Positions 40,190 through 50,154 of a stretch of 64,000 bases of DNA are shown one piece after another. The stretch comes from a virus, in the IMG/VR virus record IMGVR_UViG_3300047562_004403, positions 1 through 64,000 of that record; one strand, given 5' to 3'. The notes under the pieces are model-generated. The model was not told the DNA's origin. It did no database searches and worked only from the letters and a program-made list of their open reading frames with translations. The position numbers and the translations under genes are program-made. Numbering within the stretch: position 1 is the first letter of the stretch; each line of letters begins with the position of its first letter.

Positions 40190-41220
40190 TAGAATGCTGG
40201 TTGAAAGTTTCTAGTCGAGGGTGTTGATCCGCCTTGAGGATCAGAATTTTCTTCATCAGGGACATTATTTAGATCTATTAGATTTCCATTTGACATAGTA
40301 GCAGGATCGAATGTTGTAAGACCATTAATTAATTCACCGACAAGAGAAATATTATATACTTGGCGTTCTGCATTTGCTACTTCAGGGAATTGACTTAGAT
40401 ACGATGCTGCCGAACCCGCAGGAGAAGAAATCTCTGATTCTATATCTGTATCAGAAATTGATTGAGCACCTATGGGGTTAAATAAATTCTCAAGAGGAGT
40501 TATAGACGGATAGTTAACATAACCCTGGTTAATAATATCTCTAAATCCTATCGGTATTGCAGATGAAGTTAAACCCGGGTACGCGATATCTTTCCAATAA
40601 TCTTGAGGAGTTATGTATCCTTTGGTAAATTCTACTCCTCTAAGATCAGAACCCGTATCCGCAGAATTTTTTAGATTTATTCTAGCATTTACCGGAGGAA
40701 CAGAAAGTTTAGTTTGAGGATTATTAGAAATAATTCTTGTCATAAGCGGAATATCAACCCCCACACCCTTAATATTTTCTAAATTTTTTGCAATATCAAT
40801 AGACAGTTCTTGTAAAGAAGGCGCATTGGGCAAAACTCTAGAAAAAGTTATGTTAAGATAATCCGACATTATTGCCCCGTAATCCTCAACGCTATCAATA
40901 ACAAGGGGTAATTCCGTATTTATTTTTTCCATTATATTATTCTTCCAATTAGGTCCAATGTTTACATCGATATAGTTATTAAACTCCGGATCACTATTAT
41001 ACTTACCTTCAAGTTCTGATACTATAGCAGATGTAAATTGTTCCGGAGAAACAAAAAAATCTGTAAAAATTGCTGATGGCCGATGCATATCCAGAAAACT
41101 TGTCGGAGATTCCGAATAAATTTGATTTTGTACTTCACGAAAATACTCGGGGTCTCCATACGCAACAGAAGCTAAGCCCCCTAACGTACTGAAACTATTA
41201 GTAATATAGCCGGTTTTCAA
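40189..41220 (-). CDS. baseplate wedge protein with an N-terminal LysM/gpX-like motif
   Basis: STLGGLASVAYGDPEYFREV; TTG start chosen downstream of the GTTTAAAT motif at 41254-41247. Confidence 0.5.
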   Translation of the reverse strand: MKTGYITNSFSTLGGLASVAYGDPEYFREVQNQIYSESPTSFLDMHRPSAIFTDFFVSPEQFTSAIVSELEGKYNSDPEFNNYIDVNIGPNWKNNIMEKINTELPLVIDSVEDYGAIMSDYLNITFSRVLPNAPSLQELSIDIAKNLENIKGVGVDIPLMTRIISNNPQTKLSVPPVNARINLKNSADTGSDLRGVEFTKGYITPQDYWKDIAYPGLTSSAIPIGFRDIINQGYVNYPSITPLENLFNPIGAQSISDTDIESEISSPAGSAASYLSQFPEVANAERQVYNISLVGELINGLTTFDPATMSNGNLIDLNNVPDEENSDPQGGSTPSTRNFQPAF

Positions 41221-41246
41221 GATTAAAGATAGTTGTATATATCTAT

Positions 41247-41273
41247 ATTTAAACCGCAAAAGGTAGGTTAAAG
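41247..41273. promoter_or_regulatory. divergent pair of late-promoter variants (GTTTAAAT minus; GGTTAAAG plus)
   Basis: Short divergent gap between the baseplate operon and the tail-fibre operon. Confidence 0.45.
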
Positions 41274-41299
41274 TTTATCAGACGTATTATTTGTTATCA

Positions 41300-41860
41300 A
41301 TGGCGGAAGCAACACTGCAGCAAATAACAACATCTTTGCCAGGAGAAGAACCATTTATTGGCGATCTTTCTGAGGGTGAAATTTGTGTTAATGTTGCAGA
41401 TGGAAGAATATGGGCCGGAGATTCTATTTCTACTCCTATAGAAATCGGAGGCGCCGTAAAAAATTGTCCTATTGGCCCGTTGCTTTCTTCTAATTATTTG
41501 GACATAGATATTACTTCCGCAGACAATCTCCCCGTTCCTAATACTAATCCACTAGATGTTCCCCCAGGATTTTATAGAGAACAACGTATTTTTCTTAAAT
41601 TTGTTCAAAATCCTCTACAAAATTTTTCAACATATTTTGACTATCCTGTTGATTGGGGAGTTGATTCTAGTTGGAAATTTGGAACAAATGTAATCACCTG
41701 GGGAGGAGATTCAGATCAACTAAACTTCGCAGCTAATAACCCCATAGACTTTTATAAAGCTCAGGGTAGAAAAATTTTAGTAGAATTAAGTTCTTTTGGC
41801 CCAAGTACAAAATGGATCGGAAGATTACTCTGGGTAAGTTCTATTACCCCGTCAACCTAG
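41300..41860 (+). CDS. tail-fibre-associated protein
   Basis: LSEGEICVNVADGRIWAG resembles fibre N-terminal repeats. Confidence 0.55.
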   Translation: MAEATLQQITTSLPGEEPFIGDLSEGEICVNVADGRIWAGDSISTPIEIGGAVKNCPIGPLLSSNYLDIDITSADNLPVPNTNPLDVPPGFYREQRIFLKFVQNPLQNFSTYFDYPVDWGVDSSWKFGTNVITWGGDSDQLNFAANNPIDFYKAQGRKILVELSSFGPSTKWIGRLLWVSSITPST

Positions 41861-41883
41861 GCATATTCCTTAAAAACTAAAAC

Positions 41884-44800
41884 ATGGAAGAAATTGTAAC
41901 TACATCTCCAAGAAGAACTGTTCTCTCAAAAATAACATTTGAGAATGGTTCAATTGTATCTAAAGAATATCTTAATAAAGTTCAAAGAGGTTCGAGTTTT
42001 TCCACAGAAGTTTCTAGGGAGGATTATTACGCTGAACCTACAGACGCAGAACATGCAGGGTGGAAGATAGGACAACGAGATGGTGTAAAAGACTGGGAAA
42101 TTGCCGATCCTCGCAAAGAACCTGAATCTTCACTAGGACGTTTAGCACATGATGGTATAGTTCTTAAGTCATATGATCCGGACACGGGAATCAAAGTATG
42201 GGGCCCGCCAACTCTAATAGAAACAAGCACCGGTAGCGGGGTATATGGTGTTTGGGTAGAAGCAGGAAAAATTATCAGTAGAGATGGTCAACCCATTTCT
42301 TGGGAGATACAATTTGTCGAACTTCTTAGCGGATTAGAGACAAATTATTTATATATTGATGAAGCAGGAGCTAAAGAAAAAATTTCTAATAATGAAGCTG
42401 TAGAGATTTCTATTGGCTCTTCACTACCATCGGTATCTAATCCTCATATTCCTTTAGCAAAATTAACTCTAAATGCTGATGGTACGGCTCTCAGAGCAGA
42501 TACTAATGGCGAAATAATCGGCACCGGATACGTTGATCTTCGTCCGAACCTATACGTGGGTAATCTTAATACCTATCCGCAGATTTTAAGAAACACAGAA
42601 ATTATCGAGGATTCTTATTTTGCAAAAAGTTGGGAAAGAGTTATTGCAGATACATCCGCAGGATCACTAGTCATATCTTTGCCATCTGCGCCTACGGACT
42701 CAGATAGAGTTGCTATAGTTGATATCTCTGGGACTTTTGATAGATTTCCTATAGTAATTCGCCCAGGTGGCGATACTAAAATTAACAATTCTGTTGATGA
42801 TTGGATTGTTAATATTAAAAACGCAAATATAGAACTGTTTTATCATGCTGCGACTCTGGAGTGGAAGTTTGAAGAAACGCCCGGAGGAGAATGTTCTCCT
42901 GTAACAGGAACATTCTTGAGTTGCGGAGGTAAAGAGTTTATTGGAACACGTACTGCTGGAGAATGCGTTGATGGAAAAGTTATCGAAGTTATATACCCTA
43001 ACAGACCCGAAGGTGTATATCGCTATGAACCATCAACACAAAAATGTTATAAAGAATATTACGATTCAGTAGCGGTATTTGCCGACGGACGTGGCGGACT
43101 TATTAAAGTCCAAGATGCTCCTAGATGCGATCGTCCGGAAAACAACACGATAAATAACACAACAGTACGTAACATTATTTATGTCGATCCTGCTTCTGGA
43201 GACGACTCATTATCAAATACTGGATTCTCAGAAGAAGCACCTTTTCGCTCTATAGAACGCGCACTTATTGAAGCTGTACGTGAAAGTCGCAGAGCCGGGC
43301 AATATAATGATCGTTACGACCGCGTGGTTATTGAACTTGCACCTGGCGATTATTATGTAGATAATTCTCCTGGTGCAGGAAGTATATCCGGATTGACAGC
43401 GGATACGGGTTTAATACAAAGACTTGATACAGGATTTAAAGTATTAGCATCACAAAAAATAGATAGAGCAATAGTTATCCAAGTAGATTCTTTAAGTCCT
43501 ACACTAACTCAGCCACCCCGAACCTTAAATCTTGGCAGAATTTTATATACTAGTTCCGGAGCAGTAGGTAATATTGTTAAAATTCAAAAAGAAAGTCTAA
43601 GTTCATCAATTTGGACCATAACTTTAGAATATGTAAAAGGTAGTTTTGCCGTTAATGACCAACTCTATTACGATGGGTTATCTTCAATTAATCCATCTGG
43701 CGGTGGTTTAATTGTTCCTCGGGGCATTTCTATTAATGGAGTGGATTTAAGAAAAGTTCGTATAAGGCCGATGTATGTGCCAGAACTTAATCCCATAGAA
43801 GAAGAACCTCAACGTCAAAAAACTTCAATTTTTAAAGTGACAGGTGGTAGTTATATTTCTCTAATTACTTTTACTGATAATCCTCAAATCTCAAGAAGCC
43901 ATAACACTGTTACGTCTATCGGTTTTGCATCACAGGCAGAAATATTTGGAAGTTCAACAGAAACATCTTATTATTCCAAGATTAATACTCTCTTCGGGCA
44001 AAATGATGGCTGGGGGTCTGAAGGCCTTGAGGCTATTAATGCAGAAACAACTATTGTTGCTCCAATCTATGATTCTAAAGACCTTCGTCAGACAGACGCC
44101 GAAGAGAACCAAACAGGGATCCCTTTCCCAGACTCTAGACCAGATTCATCTATCTCCTATCCTGGCGCTACTAAGATAACGAGACAAGGCTCTGGAGATG
44201 TAAGAACTTTTGATCTTCCGGATATTAACTCTACAAGGTCCTCATCGCCCTATATCTTTAATTGTTCAGTTAGATCAATTTTTGGCCTAAATGGTCTTCA
44301 TGCTGATGGGTCATTGGTATCTGGATTTAAGTCAATGGTGACTGCCAACTTCACCCAGGTGTCACTACAAACAGACCCAACTTGTTTTACAGACTCAAGT
44401 TACTATCTAGACCCACCTACAAATAAAGATAGTGGCGTTGGTAAGCAATATAGACCTTGTCCTCCTGATCCGTTTAAATATCGCCATTTTGGTTTTAGGG
44501 GTAGTAATGACGCCACCATCCAATTAGTAAGTTGTTTTGTTATTGGTAACGCAGATCACTTTATATCAGATAGTGGAGCAGATTTATCAATCACAAACTC
44601 TTGTTCGGACTTTGGAGATATTTCACTTCATTCAGTTGGTTATAAAACCCGTTCTTTTAGTCAGGATCAAGGCATACCATTTAATACCTATTCTGGAACA
44701 AGAATATTAGAAATTATTCCACCTAAACCCTTAACGTATAATAATCTACCGTCTGGCGCTCCTGCGACACTTGTCGATACCGAAATAAATACTAGTTTAG

Positions 44801-47049
44801 TTATTGATTATGATCTGACTAAAAACTACTATGTAAATAATTCTAGTAATGGAACGCCTCCCAGTAATATTAGACTATATGTTAGAAATACTAATATAAG
44901 CGCTCCATTTACTATTTCAGAACCCCCATCTGCTAGAAAAATGGGATTTGGGCAATTTACTTATACAAGAGAAAAAGCAGATGGAACTTTTGAACTTTCA
45001 GGTGGAACATCTAAGGCAAATAGAAAAAGATTTTTTATAAAGGGGGTCAGTGAAACAGGTGAGTCTATACTTCATGCGGGAGATATTCAATTAGCTTCAT
45101 CAACCTCCCCCGGCTTTGAATATCTTGATTCTTCTTCTAAAATTTTTGTTTGGGACGCTTCAAATAGTTGTTGGTACGTAGATGTAAGAACAAATAATAT
45201 TATCGAAGAAGCAACCGATACAGATAATGATGGATATATTTTAAAGAAAATAGACTATGCTTTTAGATATAAAATTCTTACAAATCCCATAGGGTCAGAA
45301 CTTTTTTATAAAGACTTAGATTTTATTTCTACAAGAACACCCATAACAACAGTAAGGGGTATCGATCGTAGAAAAAATGACGATAGAGTATATAGAGTGG
45401 TATTAGATGGATTTATAAGAGATCAAGGGATAAGAAGGCCACAAAACTTCTATATTCTTGAAAAACAAATAGGTGTAAGAGGATATCCTCTTAACGCTGG
45501 ATCGGTATTGGGTGACGATCCTTTATCTATCTCTTTAATAAGAGAATATGACGAAGTTTTCGATCCAGAATCCTATAGAGATAGATTAGCAAAAAAACTC
45601 CCTGGAGATGGCAGATTTGTAGTATATCTTACTCAGGCTTCTCAGGCAAGAAAGGTTGCTTCTGGGGATCTTTATCCGCCAGTAGATTTTGATGAGCCAG
45701 AATTAACTAATGATCCGCAAGAATCTATTACAAGAGAAGCTATTGTAAAATTTGCTGAAAGGCCGGGAGTTTATTTAAATAGAGCAGTTGAACCTAATGA
45801 AAATACTATTTCTGTAAAAGTAACCGCAAATTCATCTACCTCCGGCATTCTCATCGGGCTTCGCAGACCGTCTATTATCCGTGCTTCAGGCCATACCTGG
45901 GAATGGACAGGATATCTTAACTATGACACAGCCTTCCCTACCTTCCAAGGTGAACCATTAGAGCAAGATTTTGCTCTAGGTAAGATTATTGTCGAATCAA
46001 GGGGTGGTAAAGTTTATGCCACAGGAATGAATGAAGAAGGAAGTTTTTATATTGGAACTACTGTCTTTGATCTTAGAACCGGGCAGCAATTTGCAATTCC
46101 ACTAGAGGCGGATAATGAACCAGGTTCGGTAACAAATCAAGTTTTTGAGAGCGTTGTAATAAAATCTAATCTTTCATTGGGTGATGGAGGTTCGATGTTC
46201 TTTGGTAGCGATACCTCTATATACTTCCATCCGCTTACAACTTTTAATACTATTACCGGCCCAATCACCGCTAGTTCTTCTCCATTGCCCGAAGTTTATG
46301 CAACAAATAGCAAAGCAGGTATAGTACAATTAGCTACTACGCAGGATATAAGAGGAGCGGCTAAAGTAGGAAGTAGAGGCGTAGCGGAAAAAGTAGTAGT
46401 ATCAGCAGCGCAACTTTCTGATGAATTAGCAGTTAGATTTGACAATACTTTAGAGGCAGGAACTGGAATATCAATAACAAAAAGCTCTTTTGAGTTGCCT
46501 GGCGGAGATCCTGCGGATCCTGCTGATAATATCTCGCAGTTCTTAGTAGAAGCAGGTCTACCAAATAATTCTGACATTGTTCCTTTTGCGGGAATAAGAC
46601 TAGGTTCAATCGGTGGGCAATCTGTTACATCAATTGTAAATAGTACTACTGGGATTAGTAAAACCGCCCCATCTGATGAAAAATTAGTTACAGAAAAAGC
46701 TCTTGTTAAGCATATAGAAGCTACGCCACTAGTCTTTATGTTGCCTAGTTCTTCTGCTGAAGGTCTTGCCGATTTACAAACTACAGCCGCTGAATTCCTT
46801 ACTGCTGTAGCTCCTCCTGGATCATATCCGCCAGGTCAGGTGGCTAGAGTAATTACAAGAGCATTATCTATTAGTTATACACCATCGAATGCAGTCGTAA
46901 ATTATGCTGGGGCTATTGGTTGGTATGGTGTTCAATCTGTTAGTTTTACTGCAGGTTCACTATCATACTCATTTAATAACGCCGCAGGTAGTACTGTTCT
47001 AGTATTTAAGACGAGTTCCGATTCGACCGCATGGACCCTTCAGAGTTAA
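41884..47049 (+). CDS. large cyanophage-type tail fibre/spike protein
   Basis: 1721 aa; PFRSIERALIEA, GGLIVPRGISINGVDLRK, SSPYIFNCS, GFKSMV, RASGHTWEWTGY, ATNSKAGIVQLAT. Confidence 0.75.
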   Translation: MEEIVTTSPRRTVLSKITFENGSIVSKEYLNKVQRGSSFSTEVSREDYYAEPTDAEHAGWKIGQRDGVKDWEIADPRKEPESSLGRLAHDGIVLKSYDPDTGIKVWGPPTLIETSTGSGVYGVWVEAGKIISRDGQPISWEIQFVELLSGLETNYLYIDEAGAKEKISNNEAVEISIGSSLPSVSNPHIPLAKLTLNADGTALRADTNGEIIGTGYVDLRPNLYVGNLNTYPQILRNTEIIEDSYFAKSWERVIADTSAGSLVISLPSAPTDSDRVAIVDISGTFDRFPIVIRPGGDTKINNSVDDWIVNIKNANIELFYHAATLEWKFEETPGGECSPVTGTFLSCGGKEFIGTRTAGECVDGKVIEVIYPNRPEGVYRYEPSTQKCYKEYYDSVAVFADGRGGLIKVQDAPRCDRPENNTINNTTVRNIIYVDPASGDDSLSNTGFSEEAPFRSIERALIEAVRESRRAGQYNDRYDRVVIELAPGDYYVDNSPGAGSISGLTADTGLIQRLDTGFKVLASQKIDRAIVIQVDSLSPTLTQPPRTLNLGRILYTSSGAVGNIVKIQKESLSSSIWTITLEYVKGSFAVNDQLYYDGLSSINPSGGGLIVPRGISINGVDLRKVRIRPMYVPELNPIEEEPQRQKTSIFKVTGGSYISLITFTDNPQISRSHNTVTSIGFASQAEIFGSSTETSYYSKINTLFGQNDGWGSEGLEAINAETTIVAPIYDSKDLRQTDAEENQTGIPFPDSRPDSSISYPGATKITRQGSGDVRTFDLPDINSTRSSSPYIFNCSVRSIFGLNGLHADGSLVSGFKSMVTANFTQVSLQTDPTCFTDSSYYLDPPTNKDSGVGKQYRPCPPDPFKYRHFGFRGSNDATIQLVSCFVIGNADHFISDSGADLSITNSCSDFGDISLHSVGYKTRSFSQDQGIPFNTYSGTRILEIIPPKPLTYNNLPSGAPATLVDTEINTSLVIDYDLTKNYYVNNSSNGTPPSNIRLYVRNTNISAPFTISEPPSARKMGFGQFTYTREKADGTFELSGGTSKANRKRFFIKGVSETGESILHAGDIQLASSTSPGFEYLDSSSKIFVWDASNSCWYVDVRTNNIIEEATDTDNDGYILKKIDYAFRYKILTNPIGSELFYKDLDFISTRTPITTVRGIDRRKNDDRVYRVVLDGFIRDQGIRRPQNFYILEKQIGVRGYPLNAGSVLGDDPLSISLIREYDEVFDPESYRDRLAKKLPGDGRFVVYLTQASQARKVASGDLYPPVDFDEPELTNDPQESITREAIVKFAERPGVYLNRAVEPNENTISVKVTANSSTSGILIGLRRPSIIRASGHTWEWTGYLNYDTAFPTFQGEPLEQDFALGKIIVESRGGKVYATGMNEEGSFYIGTTVFDLRTGQQFAIPLEADNEPGSVTNQVFESVVIKSNLSLGDGGSMFFGSDTSIYFHPLTTFNTITGPITASSSPLPEVYATNSKAGIVQLATTQDIRGAAKVGSRGVAEKVVVSAAQLSDELAVRFDNTLEAGTGISITKSSFELPGGDPADPADNISQFLVEAGLPNNSDIVPFAGIRLGSIGGQSVTSIVNSTTGISKTAPSDEKLVTEKALVKHIEATPLVFMLPSSSAEGLADLQTTAAEFLTAVAPPGSYPPGQVARVITRALSISYTPSNAVVNYAGAIGWYGVQSVSFTAGSLSYSFNNAAGSTVLVFKTSSDSTAWTLQS

Positions 47050-47558
47050 CAAATTCTTATAACATAAAAATTTTAGAAAATTATGTTACAAATGTAACTG
47101 AAATACTTGAGGAAGTATATAAACATCCAAAAGACTTGTTTAAAAGTAGATCTGAAGGTCCTGGATCATATAAATTTATAACTTTGGATGGTAAAGGGGC
47201 GTCTATGAGTACTATGATGTACCATAATTTTTCTAAAAAATTAAAAAAACTCTGTATAAAAACAGTAAATTTTGGCAAATTTTTTCCCCCCGACCAAATT
47301 GCGATAAATAAATACCCCCCAGGGTCTTATCTTGGTAAACATAAAGACGGAACTGGTAAATATTGGAAATTTCAATTAATTTTTCTTCAATCTACTAAGT
47401 CTCATTTTACGTGGTATGATAGAGAAAATAAACCGCATCTTGTTGAAGAAATACCTGGTCGAGGGTTAGAAATCCCAGTGCATATTATACATGAAAGTAC
47501 CGAAATTGATCAAGATGAAACTACTAAATATAGCATGGTATTTATCTGGGATAATTAA
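47031..47558 (+). CDS. 2OG-Fe(II) oxygenase superfamily protein
   Basis: INKYPPGSYLGKHKD (HxD), a distal His in IHES, and terminal KYSMVF. Confidence 0.7.
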   Translation: MDPSELTNSYNIKILENYVTNVTEILEEVYKHPKDLFKSRSEGPGSYKFITLDGKGASMSTMMYHNFSKKLKKLCIKTVNFGKFFPPDQIAINKYPPGSYLGKHKDGTGKYWKFQLIFLQSTKSHFTWYDRENKPHLVEEIPGRGLEIPVHIIHESTEIDQDETTKYSMVFIWDN

Positions 47559-47585
47559 GTTGAAAGATTTTAATAACGTTATAAA

Positions 47586-48053
47586 ATGAAAAAGTTTTTA
47601 CTTTTTAATAAAGAATCTGGTTCTTTTATTTCTCTTGTAGAACCCGAAGGTTTTAATCCCGAGGCTATTGATTCGAATCTTCTTCTAGTCAAAGAAGTAG
47701 AGATGGGAGAAAATGACTTCTGGTACGGTGATTATGAGACGGGCAGAGTTTATAAAGGAACAGATATTGTTGTAATTTCACAGCAAGAAGTTCGTGATAG
47801 CGCAATTAGAAAAATTTTCTCTAAATATTTCTTCATCGACCAGATTAAAATTATTACAGACCAATTAAAAACCATGGTTGATTCGGAAAATCAAACGCAA
47901 GAATTTAAAGACATGGTGGAATTTATCGATCAAGTGCGTTCTGAATATCATGCAAAGAAAGAAATATATTCTTCTAATCCCGAAATGTATATTTGGGTAA
48001 CTGATGAAGAATCACGACAACAACAAGAAGGACGTTACAAAGGCTTCTTCTAA
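47586..48053 (+). CDS. hypothetical protein, possibly a fibre assembly chaperone
   Basis: Follows the fibre genes; preceded by GTTGAAAG at 47559-47566. Confidence 0.5.
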   Translation: MKKFLLFNKESGSFISLVEPEGFNPEAIDSNLLLVKEVEMGENDFWYGDYETGRVYKGTDIVVISQQEVRDSAIRKIFSKYFFIDQIKIITDQLKTMVDSENQTQEFKDMVEFIDQVRSEYHAKKEIYSSNPEMYIWVTDEESRQQQEGRYKGFF

Positions 48054-48057
48054 ACGC

Positions 48058-48393
48058 ATGGGATTAAACCTCTCCCGTTCGACTTCTGGTAAAAAAGCCC
48101 GTGCTCCTAAATGGTGGGGGAGAATGGTAGAAAATCTTCCTAAAATTTATATTCAGGCTATTAGACCAAAAACCTGGACCCCGCACCTCGCTCAAAAATG
48201 GATAAAAGCGGTGCCTTCTAAATGCCCCTTTGAAAGACAAATTTGGTGGGGTGATCGGCTATTGCTATATATCCCGCCCCTCTGCCCCCTCAATCCGCTA
48301 TCCTCACAACTTTACGAAATTCGACTAGAGGCTCAAACTTATCTTGCAAACCTACAACCCCGTCAATCGCCCAGTAGTCAGTTTATAGATTGA
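48058..48393 (+). CDS. Mo-nitro_C (Mo-dependent nitrogenase C-terminal-like) domain protein of the cyanobacterial family
   Basis: VPSKCPFERQI...IPPLCPLNPL..QL..IR..A..YLA signature. Confidence 0.8.
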   Translation: MGLNLSRSTSGKKARAPKWWGRMVENLPKIYIQAIRPKTWTPHLAQKWIKAVPSKCPFERQIWWGDRLLLYIPPLCPLNPLSSQLYEIRLEAQTYLANLQPRQSPSSQFID

Positions 48394-48425
48394 TATACCA
48401 CCACCCCACGAACCGGGCCAATGTG

Positions 48426-48434
48426 TGGTATAAT
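48426..48434 (+). promoter_or_regulatory. sigma70-type extended -10 promoter (TGgTATAAT)
   Basis: Upstream of ORF 48498; an AGTTAAAG late-like motif follows at 48443-48450. Confidence 0.6.
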
Positions 48435-48497
48435 ATATCAAGAGTTAAAGAGAGATCTTTTACTCCAAAGAGACACCTACTAAGTGAGTTTTAAAAA

Positions 48498-49436
48498 ATG
48501 TCCGCAGCAACTTTTTCCGTTACGACCATTGACCTGAGCACTAACGCTCCGCAACTTGCCCCGCTCAGTGGCCGTGAATATACCTCTGAATACACCTCGC
48601 TTCCTAACGCCAATTTGCCTAAGGGTTTGCGTAGGGACCTCGATACTGTATTTCAGTTTCTAACCAACGAGGAACTTCCACTCGATGAGAACACTTTCCT
48701 CATCAAGTCTCGTGATGGTATTTATTTTCGCCTCTTCGGTCCTGTTCTGAAAGCCGGAGCGACTGGAGTGGAGGGCACAGAAGATGGCCAACTCTACATT
48801 CAATGGGGGCCACGCTATCTGCCCCTCGGTATTACCAAGGGCGGTTTTGTAAAGCCCGATGGTACTGAGATTGAAGCCGAATTTGGTTCATATAACTTCT
48901 CTGGGCGAGGAGAAGATCCCGCGCTGTTTGTCAGTGTTGATACAGAAAATGGTCAACTGGTTCTTCCGGTGGCCGTACGTTTTACCGACTGGGAAAATCC
49001 CACAGAACCTAAGGCTCTTAACGCTCTTCTCAAGAAGAAGCCCGGGGATGTGGTAACTTTGATTCAAAAAGTTACCCCCAAAGGTGCCGGGGCAGGCGGT
49101 CCTCGTATTGAAGCCGATAGCGAAATTGATTTTCGTGAGCTGGAGGTAAATGTCCCCTATGAGGTAATTAATTACTATCCATGTAAAACCACGTATGGTT
49201 TGACATACAGGATCATGATTAATAACTATCCAGAAGAAGGCCAAGTAGCCGGCGCCTGGGCCCATAGCTCCATTCGTCCGCTCCTCTCTACTAAACCCGA
49301 AATCAATAGAGAAAAGCCCGCAGTTTTGACTTTGCGTTCTAAAGAAGAACTGGATAATGGTAAAATTCGCATTCGTTCTACCTTGCTCCTGAGTCGTCAA
49401 GAAGCTTCCGATGAGGACCTCAATCTAGATTTTTAG
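48498..49436 (+). CDS. putative single-stranded DNA-binding or replication protein
   Basis: Beta-rich body with an acidic tail ending in Phe (EASDEDLNLDF); has its own promoter and terminator. Confidence 0.45.
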   Translation: MSAATFSVTTIDLSTNAPQLAPLSGREYTSEYTSLPNANLPKGLRRDLDTVFQFLTNEELPLDENTFLIKSRDGIYFRLFGPVLKAGATGVEGTEDGQLYIQWGPRYLPLGITKGGFVKPDGTEIEAEFGSYNFSGRGEDPALFVSVDTENGQLVLPVAVRFTDWENPTEPKALNALLKKKPGDVVTLIQKVTPKGAGAGGPRIEADSEIDFRELEVNVPYEVINYYPCKTTYGLTYRIMINNYPEEGQVAGAWAHSSIRPLLSTKPEINREKPAVLTLRSKEELDNGKIRIRSTLLLSRQEASDEDLNLDF

Positions 49437-49464
49437 GCTTAAGTCCTGATTTTTAACCTAGAGG

Positions 49465-49497
49465 TAGCTCCGAGAATTTCTCGGGGCTATTTCTTTT
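49465..49497 (+). terminator. intrinsic terminator
   Basis: TAGCTCCGAGA-att-TCTCGGGGCTA followed by TTTCTTTT. Confidence 0.75.
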
Positions 49498-49499
49498 GG

Positions 49500-49507
49500 G
49501 TTTAAAG
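49500..49507 (+). promoter_or_regulatory. putative phage late promoter GTTTAAAG
   Basis: Directly after the terminator and 22 nt before ATG 49530. Confidence 0.6.
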
Positions 49508-49529
49508 ACTCATACAGAGCGTATTATCT

Positions 49530-50084
49530 ATGGATCACAAACTAATCATACCAGAGGGCTGGGAGGTTGCCTCCTATGCCGAACCTGGCACCGATACAGG
49601 GAAAACAAAGAAAAACCTAGAATTAGTAAAACCTGGTCCCCAATCCGGTGAAGATGATTATCATTCTCAATACGTAGATCCCGAAGGCGCTTTCGGTGCG
49701 GCTAAAGTTGGCGGCGGAGAGACACCCTCTTACGAAGGACCACACGATAAAGACATGAATCCAGAAGGCAAATCTGGTTATGATGTGGGACAACTTCATG
49801 TCGAGCCGGGTGAGATTGTTGTGGAGCAAGGAGTACAACATAGACGTTCTTATTTTCTTGTTACCCACCCCGATGAAGAATATTTCTATTCGGTGATTCC
49901 TAAGATAAAAAGTACATCTGAAGAGTATAAGAGTCCGAAGAAGCGTACCCGCTCTGAGGCGCTAGAGATGGCCTACAAGGTGCTTAATGCCACGCTTCCT
50001 GAATCGGTTTCTGACCAGATGCATTATACATATCCGGAAACGGAGATTGTAGTTAAATCCACAGCAAGCCAGCAGCATATGTGA
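49530..50084 (+). CDS. hypothetical protein, candidate internal head protein
   Basis: Late-type promoter; N-terminal MD..PEGWEV..YAE leader. Confidence 0.5.
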   Translation: MDHKLIIPEGWEVASYAEPGTDTGKTKKNLELVKPGPQSGEDDYHSQYVDPEGAFGAAKVGGGETPSYEGPHDKDMNPEGKSGYDVGQLHVEPGEIVVEQGVQHRRSYFLVTHPDEEYFYSVIPKIKSTSEEYKSPKKRTRSEALEMAYKVLNATLPESVSDQMHYTYPETEIVVKSTASQQHM

Positions 50085-50114
50085 CCACCGCGTAAACGCG
50101 GTAAAACCAACTCA

Positions 50115-50123
50115 TGGTAGAAT
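50115..50123 (+). promoter_or_regulatory. sigma70-type extended -10 promoter (TGgTAGAAT)
   Basis: Upstream of the phosphoesterase-nrdB genes. Confidence 0.5.
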
Positions 50124-50154
50124 AAGGGAGATTAAGTCAAATTTTTTTCATTCA

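Noticed and set aside
47031-47558. 2OG-Fe(II) oxygenase as a TET/JBP partner of the C5-MTase
   Set aside because: It lies in the tail-fibre operon about 10 kb away, is short, and shows no TET/JBP-specific features by eye; generic 2OG oxygenases are common in cyanophages.
48058-48393. Nitrogen-fixation function
   Set aside because: Only the small Mo-nitro_C domain is present; there are no nifHDK-like sequences.
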